64,000 nucleotides of DNA from Amoebophrya sp. A120 (GCA_905178155.1 CAJINV010000001.1:3735706-3799705), one strand, 5' to 3'; counted from the stretch's first letter, positions 1 through 13,623 are shown. Notes: a model not told the origin generated them from the sequence alone. Made by a program: numbers and translations.

Positions 1-172
1 TGTTTTCATTCTTTGTTTTCATTCTTTGTTTTCGTTTTTCGTTTCTATTCTTTGTTTTCGTTTTTCGTTTCCATCCTTTGTTTTCGTTTTTCGTTTCCAT
101 TCTTTGTTTCCATTCTTTGTTTTCGTTTTTCGTTTTCATTCTTTTTGTTTTTCGTTTCTATTGTTTGTTTTT
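1..172. repeat. T-rich degenerate tandem repeat (TTTGTTTTCGTTTTTCGTTTC..ATTC units)
   Basis: Repeated ttttcgtttt/cattctttgttt units are visible. The Phe-rich ORF 13..213 is an artefact of the repeat. Confidence 0.8.
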
Positions 173-3100
173 ATTGCGGGATACTATTAAATAATGGGTT
201 TTCTGACTTATAACTAGTCATGGTAGAGATTGTTGTACTTCTGCGGGTTCATTTTGTGTGGTTCCATTTACACTCTTCAATTTTAGTATTCCTATTTCAT
301 ACTTCTCTGACAAGTAGAGCGAAATGAAAATAACTTTCTCTACTGCATTTGAATACCCTCTTTCATTTCTATTTCTATGTATTCAGGATTTCTGTTGTCT
401 TCACACACCACGTGAACACAAAACACACGAAAACAGCACAATAGGCCTTGAGCCGATCAGTTTAACGACGGGCCACAAATCTCTAGTCATAAATTGTCGC
501 GTACTCTGCACATCTTCCCCAACCTGTGCTGCAGTAAGGACGATATTAGACAAATTACGATCTTAGACCGCCGGCGTGCCGCCCGGAGCGTGTTATATTG
601 TTTGAGGATCTCACTCTCGTGGGAACCGAGACCGACGACAACTAGAGCTTGCGGCCCATTTACAAAGCACGCGACGACAACTAGAGCTCTCGCCCCATAT
701 ACAAAGCACAACCCAGATATTGATACTGTTCCTTGCTGGCCGAAAATATGTCTACAGGTGACTTCTTCGATGAATTGCTACTACTTGGGCGAAATAGTAG
801 CGCTTCAGGATTGCTTTAGATAGTACCTGTATTTATTTCTCACCTTGTATGTAAAGAAGTTTAGTATGATTGTTTTCGAGACTAGCCGGCTACTAGAAAT
901 AGTTAGGTCGTGGCATACGCTAGTTATGCATTTCGTTTTTGCGGTGAACCGGTACCCACGGGCGCATAACGATCGACCAAATGCTAACTAGGGGAGCACC
1001 CACGTGGTAGGTTGGGTGTAGCGCTGCTTGGTCGTAGTGCTCCAGCTTCTGCCATGTGGGACCCCGTGGGCAGAAGTATCCACACTCGCGCCGCGCCCTT
1101 TTCTAGCTAGGGACTCAAGTAGTCGCTTCCTTCGTCATTTTCAAAAAACCCTCCACAGGATGTGCTTCGACAATTATGTCCAGTTCGCTATGCTACAGTG
1201 CTTTTTTTCAAACTTCCCTTTGGGATTTTAGTTTCTATATGTATTTATTTCTCACAGGAGCTGCAGCAGGAGGACGAGGACTTCAACTTCTTTTACGGAC
1301 GAAAATGAAAAATTGGACGCAAATTGGAATAGCAAGTTCCTATTCCTATTGCAATTTTACAAGCTGCCTCCTTGTCCGCTTTTATGAATATGCTGGTCAG
1401 CTTATCGCCATGATTTGATTTCTCACCCAGGCCCAGGCGGGCGAGGGGTAACTAGGTACTGGACTGCGAAATAACAGCCGGCTCCTTCTTCTGTAGCAAG
1501 TGGCTATGGAAGGAACAAGAAGAACGGAAACGCTAAAAAAAAATCTTGCTATGAAAGGGAAAGGAACTACTTTACAAAGATGGGGCACTTTTTAGGAATG
1601 TACTGTACCAATATGTAGATCATGATACACATACAGTAGCTGTCTCCCGCCGTTCTTCGTGGGGCCCGAGAACAATAATGCGAACTTTACAATTTGGTAC
1701 TAACAGGGTCTCCGTTTGAAAAATGTTTTGTTTTACCTAAAAGTTTTTTTTTCCTTCAAGAAAATCTATCAATCAGCGACAAAAGACAAGATGACAGCGC
1801 TGGTACCTCCAACGACGACTTTGATAATGCGAAGAAGTAGAAGATACGATGTCAAAGTCGAGGGAGCAATAGAATGAATGTGTAGTTGCAAGAATGACTC
1901 CATTGATCTAGTGTGAAGGGACTGCGGATCAAAAGAACCGGGATGGTGGCGAAATTGGAATAAACATCTCTAATTTTTTCACTGCTTTTTTTATCGAAGA
2001 GAAAAAATTATACAAAAATGAACAGCAACGGTTGTATTGTATTTCCACAAAACGCTGGGGCTGGCTGCGATTGCATACTGGTGCCCTCTTTTGCAAAGGG
2101 GCATCCGCATCCTTTGACTTAGTTGCGTCGCGTCTCTCTTCCCATCGTATCGCGGACCTCCCACCGTTTGAGGATGTGGTTGGAAGCAGCACGGAATTCT
2201 CAAGACGGCACAGCAATTCCGATTGCGATTCACACACATAGTTTTATTTGGTGCGAGAAATTTTCTAAAAGAAAAAGTGCTGGAAACAAAGTAGTAAATA
2301 TCATTTGAGTGTTTCCGGATCTTCGGCGCCATTGATTTGCCGCGGTTATGGCCGCTCCGACGAATTCGCTGTCAATTGTGGCTTGGCATTTCATCCGCCT
2401 TATCGAGATCCCGCTTAATGTGCTTGCTGGCTCTTCAACACCATCGACCACGCTCCTTCTTGGTAACGTTGATGATCATGAGTATTTACAGCGACCTGTG
2501 TTGGATGTTGAAAACTAAAATTGTAAAAGCGCATGTTGAGCATTGAAGCATACAAAAAATAGATTTATCAGAGATTTTTTGCTTGTTCATCATACATTTT
2601 CCTCCGCGCGGTGGACTCCTGATTTCTTTGTTCTTTTGGCACGTTTGGCCGTCCTGCAGATGTAAACAAGGACCAAAGCAAAAGAGTAAGTACGTAAAAC
2701 GAAGTCAACTTTAGTTATTAGCTTCCTCATTTCACTAGGTCCCTTGTGCTCCTTGAGCCTTTATTCCGTTTTGCATTCGAACTCTACGAAACATCAGTCC
2801 ACCGCAGAAAAAATGATGTCCTCCGATGCGCGGGTTGTCGTGCCTGCTACTTCCAACACTGGGCGGGAGCAAGATCTTGTGAGTGACGTCAACAATGCCA
2901 CTATCCTATGTGAAATCGTTCCCACAAGGTCCCGGCCCGCCATGTCGGGGCACTGAAATGAACAATTATGATCCACGAGTTCGGTTTGGCAGTAATAATT
3001 GCAGGAGCGTGCTGTCCCCTGTTGATGCGTCACCACCTGCTGGCGAGGAACGGGGCATGATTTTTCTATGATGTTCATGTTTCTTGAGCTCAGCATCAAA

Positions 3101-3372
3101 TTGTCCTGAGTAGTTCATCATTGTATCGAATTGAATTCCTGATGCATGTCCGGCGCTAAAAATTTTGTACTCTGTAATATGAGAATTATTCCTCGCGGCC
3201 GCCCGAGGTTGTCATTTTCTTTTCCCACGGAATCCGAGCGACAAATTTCTGGATTCGTGTGCCAGGACAGGAGCGGACAGCACCTGGACCTTAGGGTCGT
3301 GCTGGAGCACGACGGAGGACCCTGTGGGAAGGGTTTCCTTTCTCGGGTGCCATACGAACAACCTCCGCAGCA

Positions 3373-4677
3373 ATGACGATAAAAAGCGGCACGTCTGCTT
3401 CCAGCTCCTCCTCCACCCCGGGGGGACCACCGGCGGGAGGTTCGGCGGTGCTGCTCACCACACAGGAGAAGCGGGCACTGGAGGCGAGTGCCAACATGGT
3501 TAGCATCATTCGTGCGGTCGAGCAGCTCGAAAAGGCCTTCGTCTCCGGGCTGGTGCTCAGCAAAGAATACGAGCGTGCCTGCAACGCGTTGTTGTCGCAA
3601 TACAAGGTGCAACAAACGGCATTAAAGGGAGACTACCCGGAATTCGCAAAATTCTGGACGGAGCACAAGCTCGACTGCCCACTAGCCAGGGAAAGGCTGC
3701 AAAGTATTTTTTCTATGTTGCTGACTACAAGAACTGGTCTACTCCTCTTCGCCTTCGGTTGGAATTTATTCATACAGCACTTAGTACACATAGCAGGATT
3801 AGGAGCGTTCCGGTTCCAGCACCCCCGCGTGCTCGTCACTTTACTACTTCAACTTATTGAATTCTTCGATTTTGGTTGTTCTACTTACGCCACGATGACG
3901 GTCAAGTAAAGACTGATGTAGTTGTTGGAATGATAGAAGATGAAATCACACGACGACTGTTCGTTTTGCTTTATTCACAGCATACGGAGTGCCGGCGAGT
4001 ACGCTGTATAACACGGGAGGGGACCCTGGCGAGGATGGCAGTGCCCGCACCGGGGACCGCAGCAATCTTCACGTCTTTGATGCGTGTCAGTACACCACAA
4101 CCCTGATCGACTCCCTCAAAATGAACATGCGCGCCGTCGACGAGATCCTGCCCACACTCAAAGAGACGCTCGGATCCGTAAACAAAATCAACGGACTTCC
4201 AAAAGTACGCGCTGCAAATATTAACACAGAAGGTGGCTGGGCGCTTCGTCGACGCAAGTACGTATCTGCGTGCTTGCGGTGTAACACACTGAATATTAAA
4301 GAGAATGAGTAGATGTTCGAGTATGAAAGAGCAAGAACCATCATGACATCTGGAAAACAAAAAGTGCAGCCGCTAATAGAAAGGTATTCATGATTTTTCG
4401 GATGTCCTCTGACCTATGTGCGAGTCGGCGTTGGAGTCTCGATACTCAGTTTCGCATTTTTCACGTCTCAGCGGCGTCGACGGACGCCATTTTGGCACAA
4501 CTTCTTATCTTTTCATATGTAGAGCTGGAGGGCCGCGAGAAGCTCCAACACTGGCTGGTTCGGCTGCACCAGATGGCGGCCGACGATGCGCTTTCGGAGT
4601 CAGAGGCACGCCAGTTTGCTTTCGACGTCGAACAATTTTACACTGCGATACATTCCTGGCTCAAGGAAAGGCACTGA
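3373..4677 (+). CDS. VPS28: ESCRT-I subunit Vps28 (3 exons, GT-AG introns at about 3704-3980 and 4205-4524)
   Basis: Vps28-family motifs EYERACNALLSQYK, LDCPLARERL..YGVP, LIDSLKMNMRAVDEILP and WL.RL.QM.A.D.LSE.EARQF.FD.EQ.Y are assembled across ORFs 3373, 3989 and 4390. Confidence 0.92.
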
Positions 4678-6137
4678 CGAGGTGGTGGAAATAAATGTCT
4701 GGCTCTAGCAGCAGGAGCTTCTCCAAGGTCGTGGACCGCAACGAAGACGGTGTATAATCTTCGTGCGCTCGAGGTTCTTGCGCAACATCGTGAAGTAGAC
4801 TAGGCCGAGCGGCACGGTTTCGGTTGAAGGAGGTCTAGTACCAAAAAAGAAGAAATCGATACGGTGCAGTCAGCCAGGAAAAAGAACGCATTCAAGCGGC
4901 CAGACCTTCGGCTTCTTCATCCACTTGTTACTCCCGCCCAGTGTCAGTACTTGCAACAAACAGAAACATGATGTAGCGAGAACGGGATGAACTCCAATCC
5001 ACGATCCGTAGTGCAGGTACTGGAGGACATGTATGAAGTGGAGGCTTTCTTTCCCTGTGCTACCAGTGTAGTCGCGAACGCGATCAAAGAAAAACACGCA
5101 AGAAGGAGAAGAACGACCAAGCACCCACCTCCTGAATTGTCGGCTCGCAAAGCCGAGGAATTTTTATACGATCGAGGTGCAGGATCTTCAGGATGTTTCA
5201 GAAAAAAAAATTAAAGGTCACTTCCTCGTTGACCAGCGAGCCTCTGATGAATTTCTTATTCCCTTGTTTCCTATGCCATCGGCGAGGATCTTGTCCTCCC
5301 TGAAGGCAGAGAGGACGAGCTTTGGTTCAGTAGCTAAGCAAAGAACTACATCGCGCTGTTCTTACTTCTTTGGAAAGGCGGTGCATCTGAGTCTGTTTGG
5401 TTAGGTCCAAGAACATGGAAGTACCTTTAGTCCGTGCTTCCTGTTGTCGTCCTCTGTTTCGTTTGCTGCGCTGCCGTACAGTTTCTTGGTGCAACATTTC
5501 TTGACTCTGCCGATGCCGATTCTTAAGAAGTGTGATTGAACTTCTCGCATGATCTTGCTATTTTTTCGCGTGTTGTAGTTTTTTCTGGCAATAAAGTTGT
5601 ACGCATATTAAGGCCAGGCCGGTGGAGCCGTAGGGGCGTAGTGTTGCAAATCTGACTTTTGTCTCTTGGAAATAAATATTTTAAACCTTCACCTTGTTCA
5701 CCGGTAGATTTTCTTCTCTTTGGTCGCACGGTAGTTACCGTGACAGCAAAGAAGGACATCACACACGGCTCTGCCCCCCTTGTTGCGGAAGACTCGGGCC
5801 CCTAAGGCAGCAGCAGCAGCAGAATCGGGGAACCATCGGACCAACCACATGATATTGTTCACCTCATCGGAAGTTGTGTCGCCAAGGATGTTGTTGATGG
5901 GTTACCTTACACCGAGCGCTCTGCTCATGACTTGGTTTATTCTTATGGTATCCGGGTAGAATCTTTAGGTCTTACCATGCGTTTTTGTGCACACTCTCTC
6001 TGATCAGTGCGGTTTCCTGTTCTTCTCCCCCGATTCATCTTCCCACGGCCCGGTTCCTTCGCCAGCGTCGAAAAGGGTTTAGAAGGGTTGTAAGGGTTTT
6101 TGGATTTAGGGTTCTATTTTGATCTTATGGTATCCGG

Positions 6138-6705
6138 GTAGACCAGGGCCCCTGCTCAGACCAGGGCCCCTAGACCAGGGGCCCCTGGACCAGGGCCCCC
6201 ATGGACCAGGGCCCCTACGGACTGGGGCCCCTACGGACTGAACGCCGTCCCGGAATCTGGTGCACGGCGAGCTGCGGCCGGAAGCGGAGCTGTCTACCAG
6301 CGTATCAACTAGAAATAATCTGGGCCAACAAGTATGCGTGTCATGTAAGTCCTAGTATCGGTCCAGGAAGTGGAAGTATGCATGTCACACGTAATAGTAT
6401 GTGATGCAGCCTGCTGACTACTCTCTCAGAGCATCTCTTTCTATATTCCTCGACCCGCGTCACAAGTTCTCACTTGTGCAGACCCAGACCTATTCAGACC
6501 CAACTTCTCCAGATCCATCCAGACTCCAGCACACCAGATTCCGGGACACCAGAGTCCGAGACACCGTGAGGGCCCCAGTCCGTAGGGGCCCCAGTCCGTA
6601 GGGGCCCTGGTCCCAGGGGCCCTGGTCCTGGGGGCCCTGGTCCTGGGGGCCCTGGTCCTGGGGGCCCTGGTCCTGGGGGCCCTGGTCCCAGGGGCCCTGG
6701 TCTAC
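6138..6705. mobile_element. Foldback-like element whose inverted arms are built from 13-14 bp tandem units (GACCAGGGCCCC)
   Basis: Arm 6138-6240 is the reverse complement of about 6576-6705 with a different unit number. There is an inner inverted match gtcccggaatctggtg (about 6247-6262) / caccagattccgggac (about 6532-6547). No clear target-site duplication (TSD). Confidence 0.7.
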
Positions 6706-6854
6706 ACCTTTACCTATTCTTATTGTTGTTTTCGATGCGTGCCATGTAATGTTTGGTGCAGGCGTTAACAAGAACTACAACTACTCCGGTGGTTTTGTTG
6801 CAGTGACAACTGGGACACGACTGCAAGTGCAGAGAACCCGGCTACAGCTGCGCT

Positions 6855-9800
6855 TTGGTTCGGCAAGCAGTAGCGGAAATGGCGGTCGCGGGTTCGCATC
6901 TTCTGGAAGTAGAAACGAAAACCAGTTGCGAGACGAGAGAAGGCATGATCTTGATGCCGCTGCTCTTCTTCCGCACGAAGAACTCCAGGGAACAAGAGAT
7001 GAAAGACTTTTTGCGCAAGCAGAGCAGCAGGAGGTCCATGACTTCATACTGCCGGGAACAGCAGACGAACCAGAGGACCAGGAGGATTCATCTTCTTGGG
7101 GGTCATCATACTGCCGGCAGACTCCTGCTCCTGTTGCGGCATCGGCATCATCTTCTTTTCTTTCCCCTGACGGAAGTAGAAGTACGCACTAAAGACTCTA
7201 GAGAAGTAGTAGAAGATGCTGCTATTGTTACACAGGCTCCCACAACTACTTTGCCCGCCGGGGGAGTCGGTGTAGTTGCAACTAGTAGTGCCAGCGCTAC
7301 AGCACCGAGTACCTATGTTTCTCACCCGATTTCTACCAGTAATCCGTTGTTGTACGACCACCAGTACCCCGCGGCTGCAACGACGCAGGAGCAGTTCCTG
7401 CCTCCCATATCCCAGTTGCAAACAGCAAGGTGGCAGCACGACTACGAGACTTGGCGGGCTTTTAGCTCCGACGATGTGGGGTTGTTTTTCCCGGGAGAAG
7501 ATCGCTGCAGTGTCGGGCGGAGTAGTTCGCTGGATGGAACAATCGGTGCTGGCTCGTCGCAGGACGGCACCAGTACGAGCTCGAAGAACGTTCGCAGGTT
7601 CTGCGACCGCATCTTTTTTGGAAGTGAGGACCCGTCGTCCCGTGAAGACGACAACCCAGAAGCGGCGGACGAGAAAGAAATTGACACGCAGCTGCGACAA
7701 CTCCAAACCGACGCTCGACCCCGTCGCGAGAAATCAGATTTTCTTCGGGAGGTTGCAAATTGTCCCACACATCGTGGTGCTCGTGCAGCTCCGCAGAAGA
7801 AGAAGAACAGCGCTCCACCTGCCGGTGCTGAAGTAGGAGCAGTAGAACCTGAGCAGACACGGTGGCGGTCGCAAGTTTATTATTTGCAAGAACTTGTGAA
7901 CCGCCCGGGCCCGCCCAATTATGCGAATTCAGGCCTCTCTAAATCTAGTGGTAATGCATCAGCAGGAACCATGCCTGAGCCTGGCATGTTGTTGGGAATG
8001 AATTTTGACGCACATCACACTACAGGCTGTGACCGTCCGGGCGAGGAAATAAACGTGGCTGCGGCGGAGAGTGCAGCTGGTGATGTCGCGCAGCGTGGCC
8101 GCCGGGGGCGGAGGAGAAGCGAGCCGGTAGTTCCTGGCAAGACGACTAGTGCTACGCACTTCTGTCCCGTCTGCTCGTCGGCTCTGCAGGTGGTGCACAA
8201 GCGTGACGCAGCAGCGCAAACGGGAGAGCTCTCCGGAGACGAGGAACAGAAGCAGGAGGTGGACCACCTCCTTCGCCACAATTGCAACACCACTTCGCGG
8301 CCCTGCCCCGGTGAACCAGACAGAGCAGAAGCTGCTGATGCCGCGCAAACTACTATTTCATCTCATCTTCAGCAAGCAAAGCCAAAGCAGCAGGCCCGGG
8401 AATCGTTCCGCACAGGCACATCGATCGCGGCGCTTCGTAAGAATCCTGCGCGAGGAGATGGAGCGAAAGCGAATGGCAAAAGCTGTTCTTCGAGCAGTGG
8501 CACGGACTTTAGTGTTGACCCTAGCTCTATCAAACGCAAATATGTAGTCTGGGTCTGGAAGAATTCGAATTTGTGATGCAAATTCTACATCATGACAAAA
8601 TCTGTCAGGCATGGTCAGCAAAAGGCCCCGTTTCTTGGTACAGAAAGGGGGCATTTGTCGTGCGGATTAGGCGTTCCATTGGGGTACCTGCTCGAAACCT
8701 GTGATGCTAGGGCTTGCATGCCAGAGAGACGATCTGGGCTAGGCAAAAACTGCATCATAAAGGTCTGCGCTCTACTTCCAGACCCAGACATATTTGCACT
8801 TGATACGCTCCGGCGGGAGCACCAGTGAGCGCGCGGCGCTGGCTTTTTTACAACAGGTGCGGCAGGGCGAAAACCACGTGCACCACGAAAGGCAGGAACA
8901 AGATCGTGGAGTGGAGTCCTCTTCTTTCCATTCATTGCGCGATATTACGGACACATTTTTCAGTGAACAGCAAGCGACCGGGTTTGCCGATGTACAACGG
9001 CCAGAAGATTCTGACCTGCTGCGGGTGCGGACCGACTCCGGCGCGGTGACCACCCTGGGACGGGTTGTACGAACCCCGCCTTCCAGCAGCAGCAGTGCCA
9101 GCCACCATTCGATGTGCGTGAACGTGCCGCAGAGTGTCAAAGCGATGGGCCGCCTGAGTCAGAAGATTAATTTCGACCATGTAGCTTTAGTTGCTGCTGG
9201 TGCCCCGCGCCGATCTGATTGCGGTGGTACGACGAAAGGCGCCCGCCCTACCGTCGATGAGGAGGCCGGCGGCGGACCGTCGTCCCACTCGCAACCTGCT
9301 GCTGGTACTGCTGAGGGATCACACTCTTCCTCGACCAACAGGAACAACATGGTCCGGCGCATACTGTATTCCCCTGCGAGCAGTAGCATCAAGCAAGCCT
9401 CGACAGCCGGCGCGGGACCGTCGATATTATTACCCAGTTGTAGTACTGCAGGCGGTGCGGGTGCGGGTGCGGGCGCAACCAGCGCCGTCGGCTTTGTTGA
9501 CCCTGGATTAATGCCGCCGGCTCCTGCAAGTGTTTCTGCTTCGTCCGGCCTCCACCAGCGCACTTCCGGCGCTGCCATATCTCTGCCGGCGCTGACGTCC
9601 GCGTTTCCGGGCCACTGTAGTACGTCGGTTGCGGAGTTATGCAGTACCTCGTTGCTGGACACGACCCTGCTGGTAGACGGAGCTCCAGTGCCACGACAAA
9701 CTACCGATGCCTCCGTTGCCTCCTCATCTGTTCCCAGTTTCTGCTCCGTGCAAGCCTACCTTTGCGCGGATGATTTGCTCCCTGCTCAGAGGGATAGCGC

Positions 9801-9870
9801 AGCCCGAGCGATCACCACGGCGTGTGCGAATCGTAGGCTGTTTTGCAGCGAAGAGAGCGTCAGTTCCTGA
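6855..9870 (+). CDS. Large low-complexity hypothetical protein interrupted by an introner (5' structure uncertain)
   Basis: ORFs 6855..8576 and 8794..9870 join in frame when 283 nt (element 8528-8805 plus one repeat copy) are removed. No recognisable domain. Confidence 0.6.
8528..8805. mobile_element. Introner family A (TIR core TGCAAAAATGTCTGGGTCTGG)
   Basis: TATCAAACGCAAATATGTAGTCTGGGTCTGGAAG ... CTTCCAGACCCAGACATATTTGCACTTGATA, flanked by agctc/cgctc. Removal restores the frame. Confidence 0.88.
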
Positions 9871-11877
9871 TCGGACGAACCAGAAACAGAAGACTTTTTT
9901 AAATTGAACTACTGCACCATAGCATGACAGCTTGTTCGTTAATATCTGCAGACGATTGTGCTTGTTTAGCTCTTTTCGTGCGCTGTCGATTAGCCGTTTC
10001 TTGAAGTAAAAAAGATGATGCGTAGGCTGATACATAAACAAAGAACGAGTACGAGAAGTTTCTTGAGAAGGACATGTTGTCCCACCCAGTGAGGTGCATT
10101 CGAGCAGTTTGAAAATTTCGTTCCAGTGCATTTTCTTGCCACTTTCGCCAGTACCTACAGGCTGAGGCTGTATATTTAGATTTTGTACTTGAGAAGTCAA
10201 ACCGAAGCCGGTTTTTCCACAATTTACTGCTTGAATTCGGTTATATTTAGCACTGCAAGAAGAAGAACCAGCACCACGAACAAACAAACTAAACTGACTA
10301 GGACTAGCAGGTCGAAAGAGAAATGTAACAGCAACGTTGGACAGATAAAAATTAAAATATACTGAATCCGTGAGCATGGAGGATGCTCGTGATACCATTC
10401 TAGTAAAAAATAAACAAGAATGAGCTCGCACAGCATACATTTGCATTCATTTGATTGGAGGTTGTATGATCTAAATCTATTGGCTTGTTGTTGTTTCAAG
10501 ATATCATGTATCAATGTCTACATAAGTAGATGCAATTTTTCATTATTTTTTGTATGTTTTAGTTTTACTTTTTAGCGAGTATGGTCTTTGATGACTTGGA
10601 AACAGACGAAAGCATACAAGTCCTGGTTCCGCGCAGCTAGGCATAAGCGACGTCGCCCGTAATTAGGCGGACAAAAAAAAAGTCCGGAACAGAGCTGTGG
10701 TCTTGGTATAGTGAATTTCAATTTCTTTTCAGAGCAGGGATGAAACTACTCTTACTAGCATTGCGAGAAGTTCCGCATCAACTACGAGACTGGCAGAGGA
10801 TCGATTAAAGCAGGAGTTTGTGTAGGCTTTGCCTTTGCTGGCGATCGTAAAAAACTAAAACGGGATGGTGTCCACCTGGCCGCTGCTGTCCGTCGCAATA
10901 AATTTGGAGCACATTGGTTGTTTCTGGCGAGCATAAGGTAAATTTTGCAGGCACAGAGTTGTACTTTTCTGCACGATTGAATTTTCCCAGTACGCAGCAG
11001 GGTTGAAGATCTTTTCGCCTACTTTCTTTACCATGCCTCTGAAGTTGTTACATGTGTTTCTATACTTCCTGTAGGGGACACCACGCGATGTGTCGTCGTG
11101 GAGTCCAATGTGGGGTCTTTCCCTTTTTCACGAGACGTTGAAACTCGTTTATTTGAACAAGGAATTCCGTTTCGATATATTTTTATTGCAGATGAAACAA
11201 GCATGATGTCATGAACTACGAAACGCAACTTCTTTTCTTCACAAGTTTCTTCTTTGCCTTGTGCGACTGCAAAACTGACAATTTTAATTTTTTTTGTTGC
11301 CTGGAAGAGTAAATACTTCTTCAGTCTTCGTATACGATGTGGCGAGTGTTTTTTACGTGTCTCCGAATAAATGGACTACGGTGTGAAACTGGACAGTAGC
11401 AATACGCGATTCGCGCAAGACGGCTTGTTCCTTTCGGATTTTTTATTGTCGTGTCCGACTCGTCGAAGGTCAAAAATTAAAATACGTAGAGTCAGTATGT
11501 CGAGCCGGTGTTATGGCGCGAAGGAACACGACGCCGAAGTACAAAAGTGGAGAGAGATAGTACAGGAGAAGATGCACACGCAACGTTGCACTTGCATCTT
11601 TGATTTTGTAGAGAGAAACGTGCTGAAGCTGAGAGCTGATACCGTTTCTTTGCACATGCTGGAGAAATTCGCCGCTGAATAGTCTAACTCTTTTGTCAAT
11701 CATCACCCTTAACAACAACATCGAAATCGAATTTCTATCTTCCATCCGCATGTTCGCAGTGTGCTGGCTTCTGTGTGTGAAGTGTAAGTGAGTTGACAAC
11801 TGGAATGTTTCTTTTGAACACAAGTGAGCAACGTAGTTTTGAGCCATAGATTTAGATAGCTCGACCGGACAATAATT

Positions 11878-13623
11878 ATGGCGCCTCACTCCTCGGTCTC
11901 GTTGGAGTTGCTTCTTCAGGACTTTCTGCGCACTGCGCCAAGTACGGTTTCGTCTCGCGCAGCTGCCTCGAGTACTTCCACTTCCTTCGTCGAGAACTCA
12001 AGTCCTTCCGGACGATATGCTGCGTCCTCTGAGGATGGCTATCTCCATGATTTTAGTCCGTCGCGGGCCGCGGCGGCATTGTGGTCTTCTTTCTGGACGA
12101 GCGCGGGACCAGCGGGGCCCTCGTCGGCCAGGGCTGGGTTGACCAGGACATCAAGAACAGGAGCGCCGTCCGGTGAAGATTTTTCGCTGTTTCACGAAAC
12201 AACAACAAGAACAAATCGTTCATCGCTGCTGAGAAACATCAAAAGCCATTTTCTCGCGACCACCACGGGCCTTGCTCCGAGGACCACCAGCTTCGCCAGT
12301 ACGACGACGTGCCGCAAAGACTACGCGCTACCCTGTCCCAAAGGGTGGTGTTTAGCGGAGGACAAGGCGTGCGTGGCGCCGTACAACTGGAAAGGCGTCT
12401 GCGCGCTGCGGGACCACGGCCTCCCGAAACTCAGCGCCGAGGGCAAGGAGGTTCGCGGGGACACGTGCGACACGCCCTGGCTATGAACTGCAAAAGTTGT
12501 ATCGTACTAGGATAAATCGCATGACAAATTAGCTCAGCATGACAAATGGAATTTGTCACGCTGTTTTATCTTGGGATGAAGATTTGTAATGCATGACTGC
12601 GATTACTACGAGTGCGATACTTTTGCACAGGTGGATAATGGCCCTGCGAGGACGATTTCGCGGCGCACCAGTTATCCTGAAAAAAAAGTGTTACAGTTAC
12701 ACACTCTGATAGAAGACAAGCAAGACAGACAACCTCTGTCATGCAGGAAATGCTTGCCAGCCTAATTGCATTCGTGTTTTCCTTTATAGTCTGCGCATCA
12801 CAGGTTTTCTTTGCCATGTCGAGCAACTTTGTGATGCAGAAACTCGAACGAGTGTGTAACTGTAACACTTTTTTCCTTGGATACCAGGCGCGGAACATCT
12901 ACTGCCCCACGATCACGGATTTGGCCAAGGCACCGGAAATGCCCGTGGCCCCGGAGATGGCCAAAGGGAAGAAGCGGCACAACGTCATCGTGCAGATCGG
13001 GCCGCAGAGCGACAAACTGTTCGAGCCGCTGCAGGAGGGCGCGCTGGAACCGCCAGTGCCCGAGTCGCCGCCCGAGGAGAAGCTGGTCATCGCCGTATTA
13101 CAGTGAAAAGTGCCCCCCACCCCTAAATTGCAGAAATTTGTGATGCGAAGTTTCCAAATGAAAACTTTTTGCCATGCATGAAAGGAGTATGAATCTTTCT
13201 GATGCAGAATGTAGGCGTGTATCGCATCGCTTGCATGACAAGTGCCGCTCTTGCTGGGGTCTTATGCAATACAAATTTTTGCTATTCACTATTGAAACCC
13301 TGTGATGCTGATAGATGCAAGAGGGCGAATGTTTCATTTGGAAAGGTTTGCAATACAAATGCTCCCAAGTTCGGGGGTGGGGGTATTTTTCATTGTAATA
13401 CGCCGACGACGGCCTGCTTCACCAGCGCAAGAAGGGCGGACCGAAACTCCCGATGAAGGGTTTGTACAGCCTAGAGGACGGGGCGGTGAAGAAGGACGCG
13501 CGGGCCAAGCCGGGGGCACACCCGCCGGTAAACGAGGACACGCAGAAGGACTTCCGGACGGGTATACCCGCGAACGAGGTCCAGCAAGCGGTGGACGCGC
13601 TCGGTGGGATTGTGCAGGACTAG
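11878..13623 (+). CDS. CPW-WPC domain protein split by three introners
   Basis: After removing 12482-12637, 12673-12883 and 13096-13400 (each plus one repeat copy) the frame reads CRKDYALPCPKGW..C.AP..WKG.C..K....TCDTPWPCEDDFAAHQARNIYCP...KLVIADDGLL... to TAG at 13621. The CPW and WPC motifs are both present. Start codon uncertain. Confidence 0.82.
12482..12637. mobile_element. Introner family B (TIR core TGCAAAAGTATCG(C/T)ACTCGTA)
   Basis: TATGAACTGCAAAAGTTGTATCGTACT ... AGTGCGATACTTTTGCACAGGTGGATA, flanked by ctggc/atggc. It interrupts the WPC motif. Confidence 0.88.
12673..12883. mobile_element. Introner, singleton TIR family
   Basis: TATCCTGAAAAAAAAGTGTTACAGTTACACACTC ... GAGTGTGTAACTGTAACACTTTTTTCCTTGGATA, flanked by ccagt/ccagg. 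Removing 216 nt keeps the frame and removes an in-frame TGA. Confidence 0.88.
13096..13400. mobile_element. Introner, singleton TIR family
   Basis: TATTACAGTGAAAAGTGCCCCCCACCCC ... GGGGTGGGGGTATTTTTCATTGTAATA, with a perfect cgccg direct repeat on both sides. Confidence 0.9.

Noticed and set aside
633-710. Two-copy tandem duplication of about 39 bp (also a 15-bp duplication near 44347-44376)
   Set aside because: Ordinary local slippage duplications with no further structure.
3704-3980. VPS28 intron 1 starts GTAT and is followed by CATA, like an introner
   Set aside because: There is no TIR or 5-bp direct repeat, and ordinary GT-AG splicing gives the correct Vps28 frame.
6138-6705. CRISPR-like appearance and the DQGPQ-repeat ORFs
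   Set aside because: The units are adjacent with no unique spacers, no cas genes are present and the context is eukaryotic. The ORFs are repeat artefacts.
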